Source: Octopus sinensis (Eukaryota). Taken from it: a stretch of 64,000 nt of DNA. The stretch covers positions 27,776,001 to 27,840,000 of the forward strand of contig NC_043016.1 of assembly GCF_006345805.1 (NCBI RefSeq), in the 5' to 3' direction. This document shows, piece after piece, positions 13,243-25,502 of the stretch. The translations under genes and the position numbers were made by a program. Positions within the stretch are counted from its first letter, which is position 1. Each line of letters starts with the position of its first letter. The notes beneath the pieces were generated by a model. The model ran no database searches, was not told where the DNA came from, and worked only from the letters and a program-made list of their open reading frames with translations.

Positions 13243-14501
13243 CTGACTTAATATTACTCAACAAAAATTTCCTCAAAACATATTTAACCTCCTTCATGTA
13301 AATCACTTCATACTAATAATCTCTCACCATTAGAGCCAACTTGAGAAACAGTCAGCCATGATATATATATATATATCAGGGACCATATTTGTTAAAAAAA
13401 AAAGAAAAAAATCTTAGTTCTTCAGCTTCCACAAACAATTCATTAGGTGATAATTGGTAACATTACAATATTTTTATGTATATTATCAACAAATCTGTTT
13501 TAGCTATTCTTGTCAGTACCCATTATTCCTCAAACGTAGCTGCACAACTTCCCCAATCGTTACCTACGAATCTGACCGCAAACTTAAAACATCTTCCAAA
13601 TCGACTGTTTCTTATTGTCATAGTCCCTGCCAGTATGTTACCCAAATGACTCTGAAGCATGTATAATAAACAGGAACTATGCCATTCATTATCATCTAAA
13701 AGCACTATTTCTCTCATTCAATGGAGACAAAAGAAAATCATATGCAACAATAACTACCAAAATGGTTGCAAAATCAAAGTCATTCATCCCCAAACACCGC
13801 GCTATGACTTTTCAGATCCAATGAGAAGTGTTGAAGAAAAGCAACAGTTGCTCTGTGGCCAAGACCACCTTTGCCACCACCATAATTTGCAGATGTACAG
13901 GCGCCTCGACGAGTGGGCCTCGAAATTTTGCCGCTTTTGAAAATGAGGTGTTGGATACTGTTGCCACGAGTTGCTTGCACAGAAGGAAAAGGCAGAATGG
14001 TCACTGGTGTAATTTCTTCGATTAGGACTGACCTCAGTTAAAACATTAACAACAGACGTACAGAAATAGAATGGAGACAGTGCAACATGTCCAGACGGTC
14101 ACACTGCATCGCATACGATTAAATACTGCATGCATGTCAATGTTTCATCACACGGAAATATTGTATATCTGTAGATTGTTCTTAGAGCAATGCCATGAAA
14201 AATAGAGTAAATTAAAATAATAACTAGAATGTAAACAAGATGCACCAGTGACTGTTCAAATCGTATGGTATTAAAAGAATTTTACTAACTTCATTCCATT
14301 TTTAGACTTTGAGCAAAAATAGCTATCTTGTAAAGACATTTGGGGCTTATTTTTATTCCTAGGAATGCTTTAGGCTATAGATTACAAACCAGACGTTAAA
14401 AAAATTAGGATGAATTTAGAATATGTTCTTGCAGGAATTCAATGTTTATAGCTATTGCTCTCAATTCTGTTTTAGAATGTGTAATTTAAGTAAGAATATA
14501 T

Positions 14502-15595
14502 GGTCAATATACAGTTGGAGACCCATTAACGAAAACAAAAAAAAAATTAGCTTACGAAGTATAAAAAAATGCGTAGAAAACGAATATGAAAAAAAATTGC
14601 GCAAACGAACGGGAGAGTGGGTAGAGGACTTTCGGAAAATTCACAAGATCCGATTTTTCCCTCATAACTTTCAGGAAAATAGATATATATTTAAGAAATT
14701 TTATAGAAATACCGTTCAAATGGTACAGATTACGATTATAAAGACATTTCTTGGGGAAAAGGTTTTCCGAAGGGGTGGGGAGAAGATTTCGGAAAATTCA
14801 CATGATCCGTTATTTCTCGCATAACTTTCAGGAAAATGGATATCTTTTAATGAAATTTTATAGAAACACCTTTCAAACGGCATCGATTACGATTATAAAG
14901 AAATTTGTGGGGAAAATGTTTTCCGAAATGGGTGGGGAGAGGACTATCAGAAAGTTCACACGATCCGTTTTTTCCCTCATAACTTTCAGAATCTAGTTTA
15001 GCACTCGGTCACCAAAACGAAAAAAGAAAACAACAACAACAACAAAAAACGTGTAGAAAACGAATATGAAAACAAAAATTTGCGCAAACGAACGGGGAAT
15101 GGGTGGGTGGGGGAAACTTTCGGAAAATTCACACGATCCGATTTTTTTCCCTCCTAACTTTCAGGAAAACATTTTCCCCACTAATTTCTTTATAATCGTA
15201 ATTTATGCTGTTTGAAAGACGTTTCTGTAAAATTTCATTAAGATATACATTTTCCGAAATTTATGAGGGGGAAAAAAAAAAACAGATCGTGTGAATTTTC
15301 TGGCAGTCCTTTCCCCATCCCTTTGGAAAACATTTTCCCCGGAAATTTCTTTATAATCGTAATTTGTGCCACTTGAACAGTATTTCTATAAAATTTCAAT
15401 AATATATATCCATTTTCCTGAAAGTTATGAGGGGAAAATCGGATCTTGTGAATTTTCTGAATGTCCTCTCCCAGCCCCGTTCGTTCGCGCAAATTATTTT
15501 TTCATATTCGTTTTCTACACATTTTTTCAACTCGTAGGCTGTTTTTCTTTTCTTTTTTTTTTCTTCTTCTACAGATCTCAAACTGTATATTGACC
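14502..15595. mobile_element. Foldback-like palindromic element built from ~157-bp tandem subunits
   Basis: Terminal inverted repeat GGTCAATATACAGTT(G/T)GAGA. Direct CGGAAAATTCAC...CATAACTTTCAGGAAAA units on the left are mirrored in inverted form from ~15170. Confidence 0.7.
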
Positions 15596-16210
15596 GGATA
15601 TATTTCTGGGTTCAATTCTTCTACGACTGAATGTCTTTTTCTTTCTGGTATCAATAAAATACTGTTTTCCTGCAACAACGTGTGTCCTTATATCAAAAAT
15701 TAGATACCAATGTATTTTCTCAAGTCCGCAAAGGTAAAAAAAAAAAAAAGCCGAATTTTTGGAGAAGCTTTTTCATGAAGTCCCTCAAAAAAAAAAGCGC
15801 TTTTTATTTTTATTTATTTATTAGTATCCTATATTCATGTTTCTCATAAAACAGAAATTACAATTCTAAACATCCAGTAAGTTTTTTTTTTTTATTCTTC
15901 CACTTCAGCATCCTTTTCCTTTGCAATGAAGTCTGTGGGACTTTGAAGGAAAGCTGTTCTTAAACGTCATAAAATTTTTTTTTTAAATATTCAGACTTTT
16001 CAGGAAGGTTTTATTAATTTACTATATATATCTTCCAAAGCCTTGTTTGCGTTCGTTTTAGTTAAGAAAAAATTAAGTAGCTGAAATAGTTTCTAATTTC
16101 CAGTCAATCTTTGAGAGATAAACTATAATTTTAACTTAAATTGATTTTTTTTGAAAAATCGAATACTGAGTTAACTGCTCTTGGTAGCTTATTTACTTCC
16201 ACTGAACAAA

Positions 16211-16262
16211 ATGGGCGACCTTAAAAGAATTTTGTCTAAACCGGGCTTCAACCCAGAAGACT
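16211..16262 (+). CDS. EXOC8: EXOC8/Exo84 coding exon 1 (MGDLKRILSKPGFNPED+T)
   Basis: ATG, perfect donor T|GTAAGT, and phase 1 matching exon 2 to rebuild FNPEDYVS, equivalent to the F..xxYV motif of Exo84 N-termini. Confidence 0.8.
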
Positions 16263-16893
16263 GTAAGTATTATTAGCGATAACGATTTTATAGTACATAT
16301 TACAGATACACGCCCACACTTATATTTACAAAATTTTCTTTTTGGAGTTTTTCAGAATAATCATTGTAATTAATTTTCTCTTTGCTTTAAGAGTTACCGA
16401 CAATTACGATGTGAAATTGACAAATTCGATGAACTGAAGTATCTTTAACACAATTTTATTTTGCTCCTACTCATAAAAGTTCAAAGCCGACCTGATCAGT
16501 CTTTTCTTTTCATTCTCTATTGCGCCGATTTATTAAATATCTGTTTCTATATTGCTAACATTTACAAAAACAATCAGCTTGATACCGATGTAACAAGTTA
16601 TAACAACATTTGATATTTAATTCGCACTTGTTATTGTTGTAGCAGTAATAATTACAAATAGTGTCTATTAAATTAACATATTTCATTCAGTATTCTCCGC
16701 TAATTTTCAAGTAAAACAATAGAACACACAGTGACAATTTTTTAAAGAATCTCGAGGAAAATATTTTAATAAAGAAGCAGAAGTCTCTGCATATATTAAA
16801 GGGTAAAGAAACACTTGAATATTTGTTGTTTAGATAAATTGCTCATCCCGTCTATTTAACTACGTATCTTTGTCCATCTAATCCTCTACGTAC

Positions 16894-17420
16894 TTGTCTG
16901 TCGATCTATGTATCTATCTGTCTGTCGATCTATCTATCTGTCTGTCGATCTATCTATCTGTCTGTCGATCTATCTATCTGTCTGTCGATTTATCTATCTG
17001 TCTGTCTGTCGATCTATCTTATCTGTCTGTCGATCTATCTTATCTGTCTGTCGATCTATCTTATCTGTCTGTCGATCTATCTGTCTGTCTGTCTGTCGAT
17101 CTATCTGTCTGTCTGTCTGTCTATCTATCTGTTTGTCTGTCGATCTATCTATCTGTCTGTCGATCTATTTATCTGTCTGTCGATCTATTTATCTGTCTGT
17201 CTGTCTGTCGATCTATTTATCTGTCTGTCGATCTATCTATCTGTCTGTCTGTCGATCTATCTGTCTGTCTGTCGATCTATCTATCTGTCTGTCTGTCGAT
17301 CTATCTATCTGTCTGTCTGTCGATCTATCTGTTTGTCTATCTGTCGATCTATCTACCTGTCTGTCGATCTATCTGTTTGTCTGTCGATCTATCTATCTGT
17401 CGATGTAGCTATCTGTCTGT
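16894..17420 (+). repeat. (TCTA/TCTG)n compound microsatellite punctuated by GTCGATC
   Basis: Visible directly in the sequence. Confidence 0.95.
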
Positions 17421-17649
17421 CTGCATGTACATGTGAAGCTTCTGTTACCTAGGAGACTAATTTTAGGGAAGGTAGTTGCTCTGAAAATATAGTTGCCAGA
17501 ATAAGAACAAGATAGAGAAAATTGTAGGTGCTAGTACTTCTGCTGGTAATAAAGGTCTTCTTCAAAGGGAAGGGTAAATCGTATGATACCTGTGGTAGAA
17601 ATACAAAATTGCATCGTAGTAAATAAAACATGGACCTTGAATGCAAAAA

Positions 17650-17960
17650 TTAAAAAAATTATGAAGACTGGAAAAAGATGAAATTAGAATGCTCCAGTGG
17701 ATGTGAATAGCAAAGTACAAATGAGCTAAAAGAAAATCTGGGTATAAGAAAAATCAGGTATAATTGGTAAGTGAAAAGGTTGTAGTGGTAGAGGCATGTA
17801 ATGTATATAGAGAATGATTGCTGCATAAGAAGGTGTTGAACACTCCACGTTGATGGAGCTTGTGGAAGAGAAGTCTAGGAGTAATGTGGTGGAAGCTGAT
17901 CTGGAGGGGATTCAGCTCACAAAATGACAAGGGACTGTACAGATTGACTATACAGTGTTA
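17650..17960 (+). mobile_element. RTE LINE 3' ORF remnant
   Basis: Degenerate match to the better-preserved piece at 59470-59860 (KLGIR.IRC...HV..ENDCCIRRC). Confidence 0.55.
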
Positions 17961-18011
17961 CAGAAGACACCTACTCACATCAAGATGCACCTGTGTATAT
18001 ATATATATATA

Positions 18012-18314
18012 TCACCGTGACCGACCAGGCTATCAGATGTTGCTACACATCGCTGGTCACAATACACTTCGCATTGTTTTAGCCTTCAAATGATGCCACC
18101 CCGCTGGCTAAGCGAGCAGGCCAACAGAAGAAAGAGTGAGAGAAAGTTGCGGCGAAAGATTATAGCAGGGATCGCCACCATCCCCTGCCGGAGCCTCGTG
18201 GAGCTTTAGGTGTTTTCGCTCAATAAACACTCACAACGCCCGGTCTGGGAATCAAAACCGCGATTCTACAACCGCGAGTCCGCTGCCCTAACCACTGGGC
18301 CATTGCGCCTCCAC
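18012..18314 (-). mobile_element. tRNA-derived SINE (family D), young and CpG-rich
   Basis: GGAGGCGCAATGGCCCAGTGGTTAGGGCAGCGGACTCGCGG head, B box GGTTTTGATTCC. Confidence 0.85.
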
Positions 18315-18334
18315 ATATATATATATATATATAT

Positions 18335-18365
<31 letters not shown>

Positions 18366-18399
18366 ATATATATATATATATTATATATATATATATATA

Positions 18400-18512
18400 G
18401 TTGAAATTTACAGAAAAACAAAAGACGAAGACATGTATAAACAACAAGCAGGTGTATTAGTTTGATGCTTGGGAAGGTGAGAAAGTCTTGTTTCGAGCCT
18501 ATGCTCAGCATA
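18400..18512 (-). mobile_element. Penelope-like terminal fragment with a decayed hammerhead-like motif
   Basis: Reverse complement of the 21740-21860 sequence (GAGCATAGGCTCGAAAC). Confidence 0.55.
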
Positions 18513-18675
18513 GAAGATGTTTAAAAACCATTTAAGAACACACAAAAAAACCATTAGATTCATTTCAACATTTAAATTTAATTTGTGTTAAAATATTTTT
18601 GGTGCTTTGAAACCACAAAATGTTGAAGTGAATCTAACAGTTTTTTGTGTTCTTAAATGACTTATAAACATCTTC
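18513..18675. mobile_element. Short MITE with ~60-bp imperfect TIRs
   Basis: GAAGATGTTTA...CATTTAAGAACAC...TTAGATTCA.TTCAACATTT is mirrored at both ends. Confidence 0.7.
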
Positions 18676-18791
18676 CATGCTGCAATTATTTTTGTTTCAG
18701 TACATGATCTCAGATCAAGTCACTTGCTATGCAATTACATCTCCATAATAAACACACACACACACACACACACCACACACACACACACACA

Positions 18792-19540
18792 CTAGATGTA
18801 CCTGTGACCTGTCGGGTCACAATCATGCCAAGCTGAAATTGTTGATGTGCAATGCAAAGGAAAAAAATGCTATTTTGGACTTCATGCGATATAATTCTTA
18901 AATAATACAGTTCTCCTGCCTTTGGTGTAACAACATAAACATGACCAAGTGTTTCTTCTTAGAAAATGTTCAAATGGCCTTCAACTTCTTTTTCCTCGCT
19001 TTCCTTTGCCATTCTTTGTTACTACTGTTCCAAGTGAAATACATGGGTACTACAGCATAAAGTAATGTTTTTGTACCATCATCATTGGTGCACAATGAAA
19101 AGAATTCTGTCAACGTTGTTCTCATATGTCGTTCATTGACAACCATATATATTCTCATTATTTCTGAGCAATATTCTCTGTTCATCTGGTAGATGAACTT
19201 GCAGGTGCTCTTTCATGAATTGAAAATTCTAGAATGGATACAACTGCTTCAGATGGTTCGATATACCTACCCATAAGATATTGACTAATTATGTTATCAT
19301 TGTTTATTTGAACAGCAGCTTGGTCATTTCCTTTCAACGTGTACTTAATAACATACTTAATTGACCTCACTGAGGCAATGATTTCAATGTTGCAGTGACA
19401 TCTGAACGCTCTTAAAAGAGTTTCATTATAAGGTACAACCCATTTGTTGTTGTTTGTTTTTCCATTCTTATGAGATTCAACTTCTCCCATTGAAACTGAT
19501 CTTCGTCTATAAAGAGGTAGTCCTCTGTCTGTTTTTCTAC
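18792..19540 (-). mobile_element. Non-autonomous Helitron derivative (Rep-domain fragment plus intact 3' end)
   Basis: Helitron Rep motifs GLPLYRRR, WVVPYNETLL, SIKYVIKYTLKGND, RYIEPSEA and GELYYLRII. 3' hairpin TGTGACC-CGACA-GGTCACA lies 7 nt before CTAG, followed by T. Confidence 0.9.
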
Positions 19541-19989
19541 CATTTGATTAAGATCATAAAGGGTAATATTCTATTTTAAATAAAATAGTAGTTTTCCCCT
19601 TTAAGAGAAAAAAAAAATATCAAGTACCCATGATTCAAAAATTGTCATAAAAATACAGTGAGGATTTCTATCACTTGAAAGTTGTATAAATAATTAAGGG
19701 AAGGAAAAAGAAAGTAAGGGAAAAGGATGGGCAGCAGTAGCTGTAGCAACTCTTTGAAGTGTCAACATTTTCATTTTTTTTTTCTCAAAGTGGTAAATGA
19801 CTGTTATATTTGTAACAACCCTCTACATATGTAAGAGGATTTCAAAAATGCACCTACTACTAACTATTTCAGTGTACCTGACATTCTGAACCCTAAGTTC
19901 AAATCCCATCCATCTTTTCATAGTTGATAAAAGATAACATTCCAAAATGGTAGATTGGTGGAACTGTTAGAGGATTAGGAAAGATGTCT

Positions 19990-21150
19990 TGTAGTATCTA
20001 TTCTGGTTCTTTGAATTCTGACAGCAGTACCTGCAATAACAATAGTGTCAAGTTTTATCAGGCCAAATCCCTTGGATAATGTCAGTGGTGTGAACAAAGA
20101 TTTACTTGAATGGATAACTACCACTTTTCCTCAAAATATCTTATCCTAACCCTTACACATACATGTGTAGATAAATAGTCAGTTTTGATCAGTCAAGGTC
20201 TTCTCTCCATTAGTTTGTTATTTCTTTCTTGTGCATCTCTCACCTCTCTTGCAGTTGTAATCATTGTAAACAGGGGCCCTTTCCTTGTGCTATCTCATTG
20301 GCAACCATACATATAACTAGTGCATGTCCTATTTCACTTGATATTTTGAGTGTCTCAGCAAGCATCCATGATAATCCAGTTGCTTTTCTTGCCTTCATAT
20401 CCTTATTGGCAACTATTGACTGTATAGTTCCCTACTTTACAGCTAGTCCTTCTATTGAATTTATTTAAGGAAGTCCATCTTTTTCCCATGTATTTCCCTC
20501 ATTCAATGATACTTTATCAATGTTGTCATGATTTATACTGACCCATTTCTTTTGCTATCCAGAACACCCTATACATCTAATCCTCTCATTGCTTTACTTG
20601 TATTAATTTCTTAGTATCAGTTACAGTTTTACTATATATACTTAGTATGTAGGATTTTTTTCTAGCTCTTTCATATTGTTCCTTGCTTTCCTCCTCTTTC
20701 CAGTTTTCAAGATTTGTTTCTTAGCTTTTATGGCTTTCACCATGTTACCTTTCATCTGACTGGGACTTGCTATATCCTTAAATTTCATTTGTATTTCATG
20801 TCAGCTTGCTTTGCAGAAACTCAGTTGTTCCTTATATTTTATGTTTCTATATCCTCCTCTTCCCTGTCATATCACTCACCTAGCCATCATAGTGTCATTG
20901 GCCATATGCGTTAACATCAACAACTCTGGTAACAAAGTTACTGCCATTCTTATTATTACTAATCCATCAAATGAGAATCTCAATGAGAATCTTTTTCTCA
21001 TTTATCAGTTCTGACTGAGGTGTCATATACAGAGATCACAGTTGCTTTCGTGTTGCCCATGACAAATTCAAGCTAATTATTCTGTCACATTCTCTGTATA
21101 TCTCGATTACTTTATGTATTTCTCTGTCGATAATATGCCTACTTCACCAA
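19990..21150 (-). mobile_element. Degraded RTE LINE ORF2 (endonuclease-RT linker)
   Basis: Fragments resembling MK.GKATG.SG..AE.LK.S...G..LV on the minus strand; many stops. Confidence 0.55.
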
Positions 21151-21479
21151 TTTCAATGTTAAAACCGTCTGTGATATCACAGTGATATCAATAACAACAA
21201 TAATAATAATAAATGCCAAAAGCTGAAATCCTCATCATTTGTTTCCTTTTACATCCATTTTCCATGCTAGCATGGATTAGTCATAAACATGCTATTAAGA
21301 CTTTGTTTTATAGGCAGATGCCCTTATGTGATGTATCTTTTTGCATCCCAACATATGTTATAACGTGTTGGTATCAACACATGTTATAACATAACTGAAT
21401 TTTCTTGTCTTTGACATTTTGTTTGAAAAATAACCTCTTCTCTATACATGAAAATATGTATGTTAAACAATGAACAATA

Positions 21480-21499
<20 letters not shown>

Positions 21500-21510
<11 letters not shown>

Positions 21511-21655
21511 CTCTGTTAGGAAGGGCATCCAGCTGTAGAAACACTGCCAGATCAGACTGGAGCCTGGAGCAGCCCCTGGCTCCCCAGACCCCGGTCGAAC
21601 CGTCCAACCCGTGCTAGCGCGGAAAACGGACGTTAAACGATGATGATGATGATGA
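21500..21655 (+). mobile_element. SINE family C 3' part with (GAT)n tail
   Basis: TTAGGAAGGGCATCCAGCTGTAGAA...CGGACGTTAAACGATGATGATG. Confidence 0.8.
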
Positions 21656-21736
21656 TATATTCTGTCCGGCATTTGCCATGATAGATCGATAGCCACTACA
21701 CACATTTTTTTTCTCTCCTTGTTTCTTTCTGTGTTC

Positions 21737-21772
21737 CTTTCTGTGGAAGAGCGTAGGCTCGAAACGTTAAAG
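21737..21772 (+). ncRNA. Minimal type I hammerhead-like motif in a Penelope-like terminal fragment (21690-21880)
   Basis: CTTT-CTGTGGA-A-GAGC(GTAG)GCTC-GAAAC-GTT-AAAG. Stems I and II pair, but the core carries an A6U change. Confidence 0.5.
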
Positions 21773-22466
21773 ACTTTTTCAATTCCTGAGTGTTATACTA
21801 ATATATCTGTTTGTTTTCTACACCACCTGTCTTCGTCTTTTGTTTTTTTTTTTTGTGAATTTTCCCTATATATATATATACATATATATAACTACACAAC
21901 AGTTTTCCAATCTGGCAGACCCTGTTGCACTGTTCAACACATTCCAATATGAAAGACATGTTATATGATGATATGTGGTATGTCACATGTTGGAGTGATT
22001 GTAGAGCAGCATGAAATGAAGTGTTTTACTCAAGAATGCAGTGCATGACCTGGTCTGGGAATTGAAATCATGATCACAAGATCCTAAGTGCAACATTCTA
22101 ACCTCTAGGCCAGTTGCCTTCACATGTACATGCATAATTATATACGTGTGTGTGTGTGTGTGTGTGTGTGTGATCAACATCATACACACCTCATCATTAT
22201 TCTTTGTCTTCTTTTCTATGCTTGCATGGGTCTGAAGGTCAGATAAGATATGTTGAAGCAAGTTTTCTAGAGCCAGATTCTCTTTTTATCACCAATCCCT
22301 CAGAGCAGTGAAAAGCTTATTGTATGATGGTTGGATGCAAAATGCAATGTTGCATGGTAGTGAGATTTAAGCCTTGGCTAGCAGTGGTTTTGTGAAAGTT
22401 ATGGAGAAATGAAGTGAGCATTCTTCACTTGATGTCCACAAATAAGTGAGAGAAAATGAACATAAG

Positions 22467-22862
22467 AGGCGCAGGAGTGGCTGTGTGGTAAGTAGCTTGC
22501 TTACCAACCGCATGGTTCCGGGTTCAGTTCCACTGTGTGACATCTTGGGCAAGTGTCTTCTGTTATATAGCTCCGGGCCGACCAATGCCTTGTGAGTGGA
22601 TTTGGTAGATGGAAACTGAAAGAAGCCTGTCGTATATATGTATATATATATGTATATGTTTGTGTGTCTGTTTGTCCCCCTAGCGTTGCTTGACGACCGA
22701 TGCTGGCATGTTTACGTCCTCGTTACTTAGCGGTTCAGCAAAAGAGACCGATAGAATAAGTACTGGGCTTACAAAGAATAAGTCTCAGGGTCGATTTGCT
22801 CGACTAACGGCAGTGCTCCAGCATGGCCGCAGTCAAATGACTGAAACAAGTAAAAGAGTATA
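22467..22862 (+). mobile_element. tRNA-derived SINE family A, full length
   Basis: AGGCGCAGGAGTGGCTGTGTGGTAAG head, GGGTTCAGTTCC B box, internal (TA/TG)n and AAACAAGTAAAAGAG tail. Confidence 0.9.
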
Positions 22863-24009
22863 AGAGGAATTAGGTTTAGTGGGCAAGAGAAAGAAGATTG
22901 CATTAACTTAGGGATGTTGTGTGTATGGAGAGGAACAACTATAAAATTGAATTGTACTCTCAAAGTAAATGGGCCTCTTGAAAGCAGGAGATTGAGGAAG
23001 AATTAGGATGAAGGCGAAGCTGTTACTCTTCATGGAAGAGATGATAAAATATTGCTTTCACTGGTCACATCTATGCTGGTCAATATAGTCTCCTCCCAGG
23101 CATGGGAATATAGATGTTAAAATTGTATATGTATATATCTATCTATCTGTCTGGTTAGCCCTTCGTAATACCAACCATTTTACAGTGTGTACTCGGTGAT
23201 TTTTTTTTTTCCAAGCTACCAACACTAGTGAGGTCACCACATACCTTGCAAAATTACTGACCCAAAGGGAAGTGACTTTAGGCTAGGAGACGAGGAGTTA
23301 AAGCATGAAGGAAGGGACCAGATCAGGACATATTTCATATTGTAGAGGAGCTACATGGTTACTCATATTTTAGAAGGAAAGGTTGGGGTATGATTGGAGT
23401 AGAGCAGGGGAGAGATAGAAAATATTAGTGATGAGGTATCTGATGGGCCCTCAAGATATGAGGTGAGTAGAAGTAACTGAGGACAGAAGAACCAGATATA
23501 TGTGTGGATGATGCAGGAGTGTATGGGAAAGTGAGTGATGTAGTATGACTGAGGGCTGTGAATATAATGAGTAAATGAATGTAGAACAAATAGTCAATGG
23601 ATAAGGGATAAGAATGATATATTGGGGTGGGGGATCAAGAGAATACTAATGTTGATACAGTTGACAAGAGAAGGACGAAAGAGAAAAATGATGAGTGGTT
23701 GGGTAGGTTACCAGAGTGCAGGGAGAGGAGAGAGGCAGGTGTAATGTATAGGGTGAGTGAGAGATGTGGTGAAGGTGAGATAATTTAGTGGCTTAGTGGT
23801 GGTGATCAGTGAAAAATGTAGGTGAAGAGAAAGTACAAGGGTAAGAGATGGATATCAAATGAAATGACTCCAGACAATCAGAAAGATTGGTGGTATCAAG
23901 GCAAAGCTGGGTGTCTTGCTGAAAATATCTCGAGGAGGAAATTAAGCAAGGGGCGTGCACGCACACACACGCACGCACACACATCAAACACACACACACA
24001 GTACTTCTA

Positions 24010-24500
24010 GAACTTAGAAGATTTGCCAAATCAGTGGGTCTTCTTGAGAGCTGCATATCATCAGTCATCCCAGTCCTTTCTCATCACCTCCATGATGTTC
24101 AAGTTCCTGACATCAGCCTTCACCATTTTGTCCCATGCCTTCTTAGGTGTCCCTTTTCTACAAGCTCCATCCACATTAAGTGATCATTTGTACTATGTAT
24201 ATATCATCATCATTGTTTAATGTCCACCTTCCATCCTGGCATGGGTGAGTCGGTTTGACAGGAGCCAGCCAGGCAGAAGCCTGCACCAGACGTCTGTAAC
24301 TGTTTTGGCAGGATTGTTACAACTGGATGCCCTTCCTAACACCAACCACTCAGCAGAGTGGACTCAGTGCTTTTTACGTGGCACAAGCACTGGTGAGGTC
24401 AGTTTTGGCATGGATTCTACTACTGGATGCCCTTCCAAACATCAACCTCTTTACAGTGTGGACTGGGTGCTTTTAAGTGGCACCTGCACTGACAGTCACT
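24010..24500 (-). mobile_element. RTE 3' remnant plus SINE family C
   Basis: Reverse-strand KRDT*EGMG..VKADVRNLNIMEVMRKD-like RTE tail followed by CATCATCATTGTTTAATGTCC. Confidence 0.55.
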
Positions 24501-25502
24501 AAGTACTTCCAAGACAAAAAAAATCTCTTTGGATAGGGGAGGGGGCATTAGAGGAGGTGATCTTCTATCAGATGATGAAAGGTTATAGTGAGACAGAGAA
24601 CCAGAGATAAGTGTCTTGCCATAAAGGAGGTACAAGGTTACCCAGCCAGAGAGAGAGAGAAATCAAGAATGAAGACAGAAACAGGAGCGCTGCTGCAAAG
24701 GAAATACATGGTTACCCAGCCCGAGGGAAATGCAGGAGAAGGAGAGAGAGAGTGGGAGATAGCAGGATAGAGATGGTGACAAAATGCTGGGCATACTCAC
24801 AAGGAATCAGAGTATAAATGGGATGGTTGAGCAAAGGAAGAAAGAGATATAGATGGTGGCATGTGCCAGGACATATATTTAAGGTTCAAATGCCATAATA
24901 TAAGTGACAGGATATTGTGAAGGAAATGTGATTAAAGAGTCCAGTGGGTGGGGGAGTGAGTGGCAAAAACCTGGGTATATATAGTGTTGGTGGGGCTACT
25001 GGATAGCAATGATACAGAGGAACTGGGGAGTGAGAGCTAGGCATAGTATATGAAGGAGGAAATGTGAGGAAGAGATATAGATTGGTTTGTTGGGGTAGGG
25101 TGTGTGAAAAGTTTCCTTGTTATGTGTGGGTGGAACACACAGGTCAGAGGCTAACAGATATCAATGATACAGTGAGACAGGATGTGTGGGTGGAGCACAC
25201 AGGTTGGCAGCTTGTGGAGAGCAATGTCACAAGGCCAAGCCGTATGTATATCCAGTATTCCTAATCTTCTGTAAAAACATATCTGCCCATGAGGAAATAC
25301 TACTTTGCTTGCTGACAGATGAATCTGGCTGTAGAAAATGTACCTAAATAAATTCTATCTGCTACATACAAGCATGGAAAAGTAGACATTAAAATGATAA
25401 TGATAAATGACTAGTGTTGAGTAACTTTTAGAATAAGAGTTAGAAGCAACAAGCCACAAAAGATAATCTGGAGAGTAATCAGCAAAAAGTTTAGAAAAAT
25501 TA

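Noticed and set aside
13660-14170. Possible L1/Tx1 (GGKGGLG) or piggyBac C-terminal remnant
   Set aside because: Motif matches on either strand are too weak to assign
14565-15000. Regularly spaced repeats as a CRISPR array
   Set aside because: Eukaryotic context; units are contiguous ~157-bp tandem repeats without unique spacers
16894-17436. 166-180 aa ORFs of SVDLSICL repeats
   Set aside because: Translation of a tetranucleotide microsatellite
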